A stretch of DNA of 64,000 nucleotides, taken from contig CAVRVY010000001.1 in NCBI GenBank assembly GCA_963724765.1, positions 608,001 through 672,000 on the forward strand, in the 5' to 3' direction. A program made the position numbers and the translations under genes. Positions 11,446 through 21,207 of this stretch are shown here, piece after piece. The notes under the pieces were generated by a model, which saw only the letters and a program-made list of their open reading frames with translations, did not search any database and had not been told where the DNA came from. The first letter of the stretch is position 1, and each line of letters opens with the position of its first letter. The stretch is from an uncultured delta proteobacterium (GTDB taxonomy: Bacteria > Desulfobacterota > Binatia > Binatales > Binataceae).

Positions 11446-12335
11446 ATGTCCGTCAAGACCGCGTACGTCGCCGTTAATCTCGAGCAGCACAAAGACGAGA
11501 TTCTCGCACGGTGGCGCAACGCCGCGAGGCAAGAATCGGCCCAATCGAAACGGCTGGCCGAACTGGACGATAAAGACCTGCTCGACCATCTGCCCGCGAT
11601 TACTGAAGCAATGATCTGTGTACTTCGCGGCGAAAACCCGTCGAGAATCGAAGATGCTAGCCGCCGTCACGCTCATCAGAGGCGCCTCGATGGCTACAGT
11701 GTTTTGGATGTCCTTTGGGAACTGACGATATTAAGACATGTGTTCCTGGCGGTATTGCGAGAGGCCTCTGAAGGCGTTGAAGAGATGGCGGTGGACGCCG
11801 GAACAAAGACGATTTTAGACGTGCTAGACCTTTGTGCCCGAGCTTCGGTTGGGCAGCATGTTAAAGAAACGGAGGAAGAGCGTGACGTAGCCGCAGCGAA
11901 GACCGCTGATCTGGAAGTTCAGCGCCAGCGATTCCTCGGCGTGCTGTCACATGAGCTTCGCAACCAGATACAGCCGATCCTGTTTGGCCTACAATGCTTG
12001 AAAGATAGTAACCCCTCTGCTCAGCAACTGCCGGCGATCGAGATGATCGAACGTCAGACACGCCAGCAGGGCCTTCTTCTTGAAGATTTGCTCGACCTGG
12101 ATCGCGTTCGACTCGGCAAGATCGAGCTTAACCTTTCTTCCGTTGATCTCAGAGAGTGCGTACGACATGGCACGGAGTCGAACCAAGCACAAGTAAATTT
12201 GAAATCACTGAAGGTATACCAGGACTTTCCCGAAGCGCCGGTATACGCCCTCGTCGACCGCGAACGTATCTGCCAAGTGGCGACTAACCTGATGTCCAAC
12301 GCCGTGAAGTTCACGCCCAACGGAGGTAGCATCGG
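11446..12335 (+). pseudogene. Sensor histidine kinase (RsbRD-N-like + HisKA), truncated in HATPase by an IS5 fragment
   Basis: LSHELRN H-box, QVATNLMSNAVKFTPNGG N-box, then the sequence switches to IS5 DNA and the G boxes are absent. Confidence 0.85.
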
Positions 12336-12720
12336 CGGGAGCTGCGCGAGCATCAGGTTACTCCGCACGTTGCGCAGAAGCCCAACAGCGCGATCGATGG
12401 CCGCACCACCCGCCGCCCGGGATATCTGCTCAGCCAGCGGCGGCGCAAATGGGTCGGGGAGATCTTCGGCTGGCTCAAGACCGTGGGCGGGTTGCGCAAG
12501 ACTTGTCATCGTGGAGTCGCTCGAGTCGGCTGGACCTTCACCTTTGCTGCTACCGCCTACAACCTGGTCAGGATGCGCAGCCTGAACCCCGTCGCCACCT
12601 GAAACACCCGCGCGGAGCAGCCCATGGCTACTCTCGACCTCCACACCCTTAACTAAGTAGCGATACCAACTCATCAGAACAGAGAAAACTCCTGACTATT
12701 CGGCGTTTTTCCGCAGCCTG
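12335..12720 (+). mobile_element. IS5-family 3' remnant (diverged from 5737-7008)
   Basis: RELREHQVTPHVAQK..FGWLKTVGGLRK..AYNLVRMR. IRR TTTTTCCGCAGCCTG followed by CTAG. Confidence 0.85.
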
Positions 12721-12723
12721 CTA

Positions 12724-12933
12724 GTGACCGGGCATCTATTTGACCTTACGGCAAGCTACTCGTGGTCATTCCTGGCCTGCGGGCTGGCATCGATCTTCGG
12801 TGCGATAGCGACTTCCCTGACGGCGCCATTGCGCCTCGAACATTCGCGAAACCCACGCCTCGGCCGCTTTCAGGTCGCCGGTGTCGAGCGCCCCGGCCCG
12901 AAAACATGCAGGGGCGACTCAACGCGCCGATAA
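12724..12933 (+). pseudogene. MFS transporter C-terminal fragment
   Basis: GHLFDLTASYSWSFLACGLASIFGAI matches the last MFS helix pattern (G.LFD.TGSY..AF). Begins at the IS end. Confidence 0.55.
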
Positions 12934-12959
12934 CTCAAGCTCATGCAAGACGGTTTGTA

Positions 12960-14174
12960 CTATTCCAATGCTCCCTCCATTACCAGCGCGCTTATGTGCT
13001 CATCATCGTAACCGAGGATGCTCTTCAGTACATAATGGTTGTGCTGTCCAATCATCGGTGCGGCGCGGTCGACTCGGGCTGGGGTACGGCAGAGCCTGAA
13101 CCGTGAATTCTCAACCCAAGTTGTGCCCAAAGTTGGATGGGGCACTTCGACAAAGTGGCCGCGGTGGCGCAGTTGCTGATCGGTGTACATGTCGGCAGCG
13201 CTCTGCACGGCGTGCGCCGGGACCCCCTGCGCCTGCAGTCTACATTCCACCTCATGCGAACTGAGCCGACGCGTCCATTGCGCAAGGTGTTGGTCAAGTT
13301 GTACCCGGTTCGCCTGGCGTCTATTGAAGCTCCTAAATCGTGGATCGTCCGCGAGCTCTAGTTGATCCATTACTTTACATAGTGAGCGCCAGTGCTCTTC
13401 GGTGCGGCACGCGACCGCAACCCAACGGTCTTCTCCCAGTGCCGGATAGACACCGTGAGGTGCATGGTATGCATCGTAGTTAGCGGCCGGACCCCATATC
13501 CGGTGATTAACGACACAATCGAGGAGAGCCGGGGCTAAAAAGTGGAGGGCCGACTCGGCCTGCGCTTGGTCGATATACTGTCCTTTGCCAGTGCGCTTGC
13601 GATGGATTAGCGCTGCGACCACAGCTACCGCCCCGAAGCGCGGTGCTATGTAGTCGGTATATGCACTGAACGGCCCTGAAGGCGCCCGATCGGGCCATCC
13701 CACCAGATTGTAGAAACCTGAGAGAGCCGCTGCGAGATTGCCGAATCCAGCAAACGACGAAAGCGGACCTGTCTGCCCCATCAAGCACGTGCTGATCATG
13801 ATAATATCAGCCTTGATCTTGCGCAGCGATTCGTAATCCAACCCCCAGTTACGCATCGCTTTGGGTGAGAACGCCTCCGCGACTACATCGGCCCATCGCA
13901 CGAGGTCAAGCACGACGCTGCGAGCTCCGGGTTTAGATAGATCCAAAGTAATCCCGTACTTGCCGGCATTGTTGTTGCCCCAAAGCCCGGAATTTTCGGG
14001 GGCTGTGTTATTGTCCTGAAAAGGTCCGATAGTACGTGCCGGATCCGGGCGACGCGTCGACTCTATCCGCACCACCGTCGCACCATAATCCGCCAGCATC
14101 CGGGTGATTCCTGGTCCTGCTAGCACCCACATAAAATCTAGAATCTTGACGTCCTCCAAAGGAAGATGGCCCAT
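12960..14174 (-). CDS. Class III CoA-transferase (CaiB/BaiF), probable catalytic subunit
   Basis: PLEDVKILDF..AGP..LADYGATVVRIE, NAGKYGITLDL, AYTDY (catalytic Asp position), APMIGQHN. Confidence 0.92.
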   Translation of the reverse strand: MGHLPLEDVKILDFMWVLAGPGITRMLADYGATVVRIESTRRPDPARTIGPFQDNNTAPENSGLWGNNNAGKYGITLDLSKPGARSVVLDLVRWADVVAEAFSPKAMRNWGLDYESLRKIKADIIMISTCLMGQTGPLSSFAGFGNLAAALSGFYNLVGWPDRAPSGPFSAYTDYIAPRFGAVAVVAALIHRKRTGKGQYIDQAQAESALHFLAPALLDCVVNHRIWGPAANYDAYHAPHGVYPALGEDRWVAVACRTEEHWRSLCKVMDQLELADDPRFRSFNRRQANRVQLDQHLAQWTRRLSSHEVECRLQAQGVPAHAVQSAADMYTDQQLRHRGHFVEVPHPTLGTTWVENSRFRLCRTPARVDRAAPMIGQHNHYVLKSILGYDDEHISALVMEGALE

Positions 14175-15415
14175 CAGACTACCCCAAATCGTTCAAGTTC
14201 GGCGAGATCACGCTCGCTCAGGCCTAACTCATCGACGTAGATCTCGCGATTATGCTCTCCTACTCTCGGCGGTCGGCGTCGGTATGCAATAGGCTGTGCC
14301 TCGAAGCGCGCGAAGGGCCCAGGATAGTGCACCGATCGTCCCAACTCAGGGTGTTCCACCGGCTGCCAGTATTCTCGTTCCTTGAACTGTGGATTATCCA
14401 ATACCTCGTCGATCGTCGCGACGGGTGCGATAAGTAAGGTATTCGCGCGCGCAATTTCGAATAGTTCGGCCTTGGTCTTGCTGGAGAAAAAGCGCGAGAC
14501 AACGCTCTTCACTCGCTCGTACTCCTCCATAGGCTCCTTGCCCGAGAGCAGCAAGTCTCCGTACGCCAGCCAATCCTTATCGCGGGTGGCCTGATCGCAC
14601 CCACCGTTCTGGTAGATGTAGTTCATCAGCTTCTGAGTAAACGGACCGAATGCCGTGCCAAATAAGAAAACACAGGAGATCTGACCGTTCTTAGCCGGCC
14701 ACACCAGCGGAACCCGAATTGGGCCCATCCGAATTCCGCCTGCCATGCGCCGCATCTCGTTGGCCCGAAGAGGGGTTGCGAGGGTCGTCGATTGCGCCGC
14801 GAGGCTGACGCTCTCCTGCGCCGCGACGTCGACATGTTGTCCCAAACCGGAATCAAGCCGCTCATAATAGGCAATGAGCGCAGCCGCGGCTGCGTCAACT
14901 GACGCGTGCAGATATGCCTGCGGCACACTCATACGGATTGGCGGCCTATCCTCGTCACCGTAAAGAATTAGCGGTCCGCCTGCCGCCATGATGACCAGGT
15001 CGGAATCAGCATAGCCGGCCTTTGGGCCGTCCTGCCCAAAGGGCGTGATCGAAACATAGACGAGAGACGGATTATGAAGGCTTAGGTTGCGGTAGCTTAT
15101 TCCGATTCTCGCTGATTCCCCTGGAGGGTCGGACTCGATGAGGAAATGTGCATCCCTGGCAAGCCGATGAAAGATCGCGCGCCCTTTTTCGGTCGCCAGG
15201 TTAAGCGTGATGCTGCGCTTATTGCGATTGTAGGCACACCAGTAAATCGAGCGATCCGGATGCGTCTCATCGTTGAAGAAGGGCGCGAGTCTTCGTGCTG
15301 GCGAACCCCCTGGCGGTTCAACCTTGATTACCTCGGCGCCCAGATCGCCGAGAATCTGACCGCACAGAAATCCCCGTTCAGTGGTAAGATCGAGCACCCT
15401 GCATCCCCTCAGCAT
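14174..15415 (-). CDS. Class III CoA-transferase (CaiB/BaiF), partner subunit
   Basis: LRGCRVLDL..LGDLGAEVIKVEPPGG, NRNKRSITLNL, PPRVGEHN. Stop overlaps the next start. Confidence 0.92.
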   Translation of the reverse strand: MLRGCRVLDLTTERGFLCGQILGDLGAEVIKVEPPGGSPARRLAPFFNDETHPDRSIYWCAYNRNKRSITLNLATEKGRAIFHRLARDAHFLIESDPPGESARIGISYRNLSLHNPSLVYVSITPFGQDGPKAGYADSDLVIMAAGGPLILYGDEDRPPIRMSVPQAYLHASVDAAAAALIAYYERLDSGLGQHVDVAAQESVSLAAQSTTLATPLRANEMRRMAGGIRMGPIRVPLVWPAKNGQISCVFLFGTAFGPFTQKLMNYIYQNGGCDQATRDKDWLAYGDLLLSGKEPMEEYERVKSVVSRFFSSKTKAELFEIARANTLLIAPVATIDEVLDNPQFKEREYWQPVEHPELGRSVHYPGPFARFEAQPIAYRRRPPRVGEHNREIYVDELGLSERDLAELERFGVV

Positions 15416-15420
15416 GGCTT

Positions 15421-15476
15421 GTTGGACCCTCTTTTAGACTGCGACTAAGTTGGACCCTCTTTTAGACTGCGACTAA
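15421..15476. repeat. Exact 28-bp tandem duplication covering the CoA-transferase RBS
   Basis: GTTGGACCCTCTTTTAGACTGCGACTAA x2 (15421-15448 and 15449-15476). Confidence 0.95.
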
Positions 15477-15849
15477 GAATGATGATAATTTCGTCACCCT
15501 GGGAGTACACCAAGTTCTTTCGATGGCGGTTCTCTCGCCGGACATCGGCCGATATCGGCCGCGGGTAAGGCGGTGCTACGCTTCGGACATCGGCCCTTAG
15601 CCGTAGCCCAAGGGCCTTCTCAGCTAAGCCATTCCGCTATGCAAGAGCATGCCAGCCATAACTCCCTCGGTTCGTGATGCGTTCGACCTCCCAGCCGCCG
15701 AGACTGGGTCAGCTCTACCGGGGTGAGTCGCCTGGCCGAAGCAATGTTGGGTCGGCTTCAGATCCTGCCAAGGTCTCGGCTGGCAGACAAAGAAAAAGCG
15801 AACCTAACGCACCTCGAGTGTATCTTGACAACCATGTGACAGACACGGA

Positions 15850-16720
15850 CACTTCGAGTCCACCTGCTATCATCCGCTGCTGCTGTTCAATCGCGAAGGT
15901 GACTGCCTCGCCGCCAATACGGCCCGGCAACGTCCACAGCGCCGATGGCTGGGAGGAACTGCTGCTGCCGGAGATTGAACTGCAACAGCGGCTGGGCAAC
16001 GAGGTAGTCTTCCGCGCCGATGCAGCTTTTGCCAGGCCGGAGATCTACGAGGCGCTGGAAGATCGGGAGGTGAAGTACGCGATCCGCCTCCCAGCGAACG
16101 ACCATCTGCAGCGGAACATTACGGAGTTGTTGACGCGGCCAGTGGGACGGCCGAGCCACAAGCCGGTGGTCCGGTACAAGAGCTTTCTGTATCAGGCAGC
16201 GAGTTGGAAGACGTTGCGACGGGTGGTGGCAAAGGTCGAGTTCCATTGCGGGGAATTGTTTCCCCGCGTGGGGTTCATCGTGACCGGCCTCGCGGCCTTA
16301 AGCCGGGCGGTGGTGCGGTTCTACAACAAGCGCGGGACAGCAGAACAATGGATTAAAGAGGGCAAGCAGGCGGTCGCGATGACGCGGCTTTCCTGTCACC
16401 GCTTTCGCGCCAGCGAGGTGCGGCTGTGGCTGAGCCTGATTGCTTATAACCTCGGGAACTTGTGGCGGCGGCTGGCGCTTCCAACGCAGGTTGCCACCTG
16501 GTCGCTGACCAGCTTGCAGCAGGACACAGGGAGAAGTGTCTGCGAATTCGGTCTGAGAAGCGGCAGTTCCGGGTATCGTATGTCAGCGCGAGGCAGAACT
16601 GGTCCGTTGCGGGGCCGTGGAAAGCCCTTTGGACTCAAAATCAGGCTCGAACTCTCCCTTTGACAAACCGTCTCATGTCGGCGCGACGATGCAAAGGATT
16701 GAAAATGGAAATCCCAGATT
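15850..16720 (+). mobile_element. IS1380-family remnant (internally deleted transposase and right end)
   Basis: RPGNVHSADGWEELL..FRADAAFA..FYNKRGTAEQWIKEGK..IAYNLGN. End TTGAAAATGGAAATCCCAG. Confidence 0.85.
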
Positions 16721-16863
16721 AGTTGCAGGAGAGCCATGGAATTGCGCATTTGGCAGGTCGTAGTCCGCTTGCGTGGACAAAAGCAAAAACACCAGTTACC
16801 TTGCCAAAACATCAGGCAAGCGACATATATTCCTAAGCGCGGCGGCATCTTTGACGCGGCGAC

Positions 16864-18867
16864 ATGCTTAAGCATGATGATTGCCGCAAACGGGCAACGA
16901 AAATGGTGAGCGCGGTAACACGTGAGTGGGAACGGTTTGTTGCCGGCGGCGTTATAGATGCGTGTGTTGTGAGATCCCCCGTAGCCGAATCCTGGCAGCG
17001 CTGTCGAAAGGCAGGCTTAAGATCTGATATACGAGTAGCTCCTGCCGTCCTGGCGGCCGCAGAGCTTGAAAATCGAAAAGTCCGAAATCCGGCCTATCGA
17101 GTATCTCGGGACGTCATGCTTCTTGCGAGGGAATGCCTTCCCAACAACGATACTTCAGTAGTGATGCTCATCGATCAAGACTGCCATCTGTTGGACATTA
17201 GGGGAAGCAGCAAAATTATCGCTGCATGTGAAGAAGCGGGTGGGGTGCTCGGCTCCAGATGGAAGGAGTCAGACACAGGGACCGACGCGTTGTCTCTGTG
17301 TCTGAGGCTTGACTTGGCGGTCTATATAAATGGCTATGAGCACTACTGTGAAATCGGACATCGCTGGTTGGGCGCTGCTGCTCCGATACACGCTCTAACA
17401 GACCGCCGGCTATTAGGAGCGATAAGCATGTACGCAAATGGGCAAGTTGAACCCGCCCGACTCCATAGTCTAGTGATTCACTTCGCGTCGCTCCTGGAGC
17501 ATGAATTGCTCCTCGAGAGCAAGACCCGACAACTCTTCAGGCTCGAGATGTTAGAGAGATATCGCACTCGTTACCGACAGGACACAATCTTCTCGGTGAC
17601 GGAGTCGGGTGAAATAGAGGGTGAATTACACGATTGGGTTTTGCCTGATGACTCTATCACGAACTTACGCGCACAGGCAGAAAGGGCGATTTTGTTCGGC
17701 CAGGGAACAGGAGAGTTGACAGGGGTTGTCCGGAACCCCAAAGGATCACTGCTGGAGGGACGCTTCTTTGCTGCCGTTCGGAACCAAGAGCTTATAGGTT
17801 TCGTTGCAATTGTACCCAAACCGCAACCGCGGGGTTTTCAATCGCGAACTCAAGCTTCATATTCAGCTTCGTACTGCTTTAAGGATCTTCTGGGTTCCTC
17901 GTCTCAGTTGGAGCATTCTATTATCGAAGCTGAAAGATACGCATTATCCGATCTGCCAGTTTTGATCTCGGGTGAATCCGGCACGGGCAAAGAGCTACTT
18001 GCACACGCGATTCACAATGCCAGTCCTAGACGAAGTCGACCATTCGTGGCGATTAACTGCGGCGGCGTCACCGACGAATTAATATCCGCTGAATTATTCG
18101 GTTACAGCGACGGCGCTTTCACCGGTGCGGCACGCGGAGGCAAGATCGGGAAACTTGATCTAGCCCAAGGCGGCAGCATTTTTCTCGATGAGGTTGAGAG
18201 CATGTCGCCGTTTATGCAGGCTGCCCTGTTGAGGATCTTAGAAGAGCGTTTCTTCCATAGAATCGGAGATTTGGAGCGCCGCCCGCTCGACGTACGGTTC
18301 ATCGCAGCAACTAATGTTGACCTCTTGAGCAAGGTACAGGCTGGATCCTTTCGACTCGATATATACCACAGACTCGCTACCTTAACCCTGTCGCTCTCGC
18401 CATTACGGGAACGTAGGGCGGACATTCCCCGTCTTATTCAACACTTCATGCAAGGCCACGCCAGGGATCTCACTGAAGAAGCGCGTTTAAAATTGCAGGC
18501 GTGTTGTTGGCCAGGCAATATCAGGCAGCTCAAGAACGTTTTACATAGAGCGATGTTGCGCTCATTTAAAGAACAGATAACAGTAGAAGATCTTGGGGAC
18601 GATTTGTCCGACAGAGATAACACAAGGAGCGACGGTTCTTGCTGTCTGGAAAGTAATCCACCGGTTCTTGGGGAGCGCGTCGATTTTCTCAGTAATAGCA
18701 ACAATAGCAGCGAGGAAAAAGATCGAATCGTCAAGGTGCTCGCATCGTGTAATTGGAACGTGAGCGCCGCCGCCATAAAACTAGGACTTCACCGCGTTAC
18801 TCTGTGCAGAAAGCTTCGGAGACTGGAGGTACGAAAGACCTATTCATCGACAGGTAGAAATCTGTAG
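16864..18867 (+). CDS. Sigma54-dependent transcriptional activator, GAF + AAA+ + Fis HTH (AcoR-like)
   Basis: ESWQRC, GSRWKESDTGTDA (GAF), GESGTGKE, GAFTGA, FLDEV, RFIAATN, WPGNIRQL, WNVSAAAIKLGLHRVTL. Start may be 16903. Confidence 0.93.
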   Translation: MLKHDDCRKRATKMVSAVTREWERFVAGGVIDACVVRSPVAESWQRCRKAGLRSDIRVAPAVLAAAELENRKVRNPAYRVSRDVMLLARECLPNNDTSVVMLIDQDCHLLDIRGSSKIIAACEEAGGVLGSRWKESDTGTDALSLCLRLDLAVYINGYEHYCEIGHRWLGAAAPIHALTDRRLLGAISMYANGQVEPARLHSLVIHFASLLEHELLLESKTRQLFRLEMLERYRTRYRQDTIFSVTESGEIEGELHDWVLPDDSITNLRAQAERAILFGQGTGELTGVVRNPKGSLLEGRFFAAVRNQELIGFVAIVPKPQPRGFQSRTQASYSASYCFKDLLGSSSQLEHSIIEAERYALSDLPVLISGESGTGKELLAHAIHNASPRRSRPFVAINCGGVTDELISAELFGYSDGAFTGAARGGKIGKLDLAQGGSIFLDEVESMSPFMQAALLRILEERFFHRIGDLERRPLDVRFIAATNVDLLSKVQAGSFRLDIYHRLATLTLSLSPLRERRADIPRLIQHFMQGHARDLTEEARLKLQACCWPGNIRQLKNVLHRAMLRSFKEQITVEDLGDDLSDRDNTRSDGSCCLESNPPVLGERVDFLSNSNNSSEEKDRIVKVLASCNWNVSAAAIKLGLHRVTLCRKLRRLEVRKTYSSTGRNL

Positions 18868-19458
18868 AAGATCTTATTTGTGCGGATCTCATACAGTAAC
18901 AGTGGATGAATGATTGTCGCTTCTATGGCGCGTGAAGAATGAATGACTAGATGATAGGTCTGCTCTTCACGGCTGGCCTGCTTTCGCAGCCTCCCCGCGA
19001 TTAATAAGCCGCCGACATTGGGCGGTCGCGTCACGGTAAACGTGGCTTAGGCTAGGGCAGTGCGTGGTCGAATGGTCGCGGGTTCAGCCGCATTTCCGAA
19101 CCCGGCCGGCGTTGCCGATTAACCCCAGGCTGCGTGACCACGTGACCGGCGGTCGCTGCCGCCACGACAGGGCCAGTCTGTTCCCGCACAGGGATCGCCA
19201 GCGGCAAAATACGCGGGCCGCTGCTTCGGCAAGACCCGACGTCGAGTTCATTGCCTTTCAGGGGCGGTTAGCGGAGCGCTACCCGAATAGCGAGTTCGCA
19301 TTTGATCTGGTCCCTTCTAGCGAGCACGCAACACGCAAACCTCGACGGTGCAACAGTGGTTCAGCGAGCATTGGACCTTTGTGCGCACTTCAACTCGACC
19401 AATGTCTCGCAACTCAACCTGGCTCACGCGACCGATGGTCCGCTTGGCGGAGCATCGC

Positions 19459-19499
19459 GCTACAATTGTAGCACTTCATGTGTAGTATTATCCGCTACA
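19459..19499. promoter_or_regulatory. Putative upstream activator sites
   Basis: GCTACAATTGTAGC palindrome (19459-19472) and TGTAG-N9-CTACA (19481-19499), 50-90 bp upstream of the -24 box. Confidence 0.6.
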
Positions 19500-19549
19500 A
19501 AAGAAGCCATTCTTGACTCACGCAAGCATACTCTATTCTGAAACGTGCG

Positions 19550-19565
19550 CGGCTCGTCTTTTGCT
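19550..19565 (+). promoter_or_regulatory. Sigma54 (-24/-12) promoter
   Basis: CGGCTCGTCTTTTGCT versus consensus TGGCACG-N4-TTGCW, with exact GG-N10-GC spacing, about 70 bp upstream of the GGAGG RBS and ATG 19632. Confidence 0.75.
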
Positions 19566-19631
19566 TGTACCCCTCCACACGAAGCTTTGCAGGCGTCATT
19601 GACTTAAACAGCCTGAGCGAGGAGGACTTCG

Positions 19632-20678
19632 ATGAAGTTTGAGTTCTTCACAGAATGCCAGACCGCCACGCGGAGTTATTACGATCGTTATTGGCAGATA
19701 CTAGAGGAAGTGCAGCTCGCTGACCAATTGGGCTGGGATTCCTTCGGTACCTCTGAGCAGCATTTTACCCCTGAATTGTTCACTACTTCTGCCCCGGAGG
19801 TTTTCTACGCGGCCGTTGCCATGCGAACAAAACGCCTCCGGCTGCGGCACGGCATTCGGTTGCTCCCCTATCGGGTGAATCATCCGTTACGCATTGCGGA
19901 GCAGGTGGCGATGCTTGACATCCTCAGCAATGGGCGTGCAGAGCTAGGCACCGGCAGAGGTAATACTCTTCGTATGCTGCGAGCGTTTGAGGTCGATCCT
20001 AAGGAGTCGCGTGAGCAGTGGGAAGAAGCTCTCAGCATGATTCCCAAAATGTGGACACAGGATCCATTCTCCTGGGAGGGAAAGTACTTTCATATACCGC
20101 CCACCCACGTGGTCCCAAAGCCCATTCAAAAGCCGCACCCCGCAATTTGGACAGCCGCAACCAATCCAGACATGTACGAAATCGCGGGTCATAAGGGAAT
20201 CGGCCTTATGAGTTTCAACTTTGGTACGCCGGAAACCGCCGAAAAAGACATCGGGATTTATAGGAAAGCGATCGAGACCGCAGAACCGGTTGGGGACTTC
20301 ATCAACAACAAGGTATCGTGGTTTCTAATGTGCTTATGTGCGGAAACTACTGAATACGCGAAACGGCTGGCCAGAGAGCCGATCATGGCCTTCTTGAACG
20401 AGGCAGTCAACATTTACGAAGAATTGGGGGCCACGGGTGCGAAAGACTACGAGTACATGGCTAAAGTCTCGAAGATGAGGAAGCTGGTTGATTTTGACTA
20501 CTTAGATGCTGCCGACATGTTAGTCGTCGGTGATCCTGTTGTCTGCCTGGAGAAGCTTAGAAAATACCAGAAGGCCGGTGCAGACGAAGTGATTCTTCGC
20601 ATTGACGGCTACCCGCACGAGAAGATTAAAGACTCAATCCGACTCCTCGCCGAGCATGTCTTTCCTCATCTTCGTTGA
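19632..20678 (+). CDS. Luciferase-like (LLM class) flavin-dependent oxidoreductase
   Basis: LADQLGWDSFGTSEQHF, HPLRIAEQVAMLDILSNGRAELGTGRG, PKPIQKPHP, VGDP, LLAEHVFPHL. Confidence 0.93.
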   Translation: MKFEFFTECQTATRSYYDRYWQILEEVQLADQLGWDSFGTSEQHFTPELFTTSAPEVFYAAVAMRTKRLRLRHGIRLLPYRVNHPLRIAEQVAMLDILSNGRAELGTGRGNTLRMLRAFEVDPKESREQWEEALSMIPKMWTQDPFSWEGKYFHIPPTHVVPKPIQKPHPAIWTAATNPDMYEIAGHKGIGLMSFNFGTPETAEKDIGIYRKAIETAEPVGDFINNKVSWFLMCLCAETTEYAKRLAREPIMAFLNEAVNIYEELGATGAKDYEYMAKVSKMRKLVDFDYLDAADMLVVGDPVVCLEKLRKYQKAGADEVILRIDGYPHEKIKDSIRLLAEHVFPHLR

Positions 20679-20755
20679 CGGCATCGGCGGAACCGGCTTA
20701 ACAGCTACAGGTCAGCACTGACAAACGTCGGCAAAACACTATTGGAGAAAACGCA

Positions 20756-21100
20756 ATGGCACGTTACACACTGTTGGAGATCTGGCGACCGCGGCCCGAA
20801 TGGTATGCTCTGCCGAAGCAGCAAAAGGAGAAATTCTGCGCAAGGGGACGAGAGGTTCTGGGCGAAATACTCGGCAAAGATGCGAAAGTCCTCGGTATAT
20901 ACAAGATTCGCGCGGCTTCGAGCGACGGCTGGGATGTAATGGGATATTGGGACATGCCAAGTTTTGATCTAGCACAAGAGTTGGCAGAGAAGATCGATAA
21001 AATGGGCTGGAATCGCTACTTCGAACAAATCAATTTTGTCGGCACGGCGACGACACCTGATGAATACTTGAAGAGTCTATTGGATGAGCCCGAGTTTTGA
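20756..21100 (+). CDS. Small dimeric alpha/beta-barrel protein, DUF6616-like
   Basis: EIWRPRPEWYALPKQQKEKF..YWDMPS..GWNRYFEQINFVG pattern. GGAG RBS. Confidence 0.65.
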   Translation: MARYTLLEIWRPRPEWYALPKQQKEKFCARGREVLGEILGKDAKVLGIYKIRAASSDGWDVMGYWDMPSFDLAQELAEKIDKMGWNRYFEQINFVGTATTPDEYLKSLLDEPEF

Positions 21101-21207
21101 GCTTCGTGTTGCGCCCCAAGGCTCGCCTGTGCAAGCGCAGCGGTCAGCGTATCACAAAGCCAAGACACTGGAACGGTAGTTAACAAAGGCAAGGGAGGTT
21201 AAGGACA

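Noticed and set aside
15421-15476. CRISPR-like 28-bp repeats
   Set aside because: Two adjacent copies with no spacer and no cas genes. No CRISPR array was seen anywhere in the window.
15638-15654. Sigma54-like box TGGCATGCTCTTGCAT on the minus strand upstream of the CoA-transferases
   Set aside because: GG-to-GC spacing is 9, not the required 10. Only valid if an indel is present.
18960-19260. Possible IclR effector-domain relic on the minus strand (NELDVG..LAIPVREQTGPVVAA)
   Set aside because: Too short and degenerate to support.
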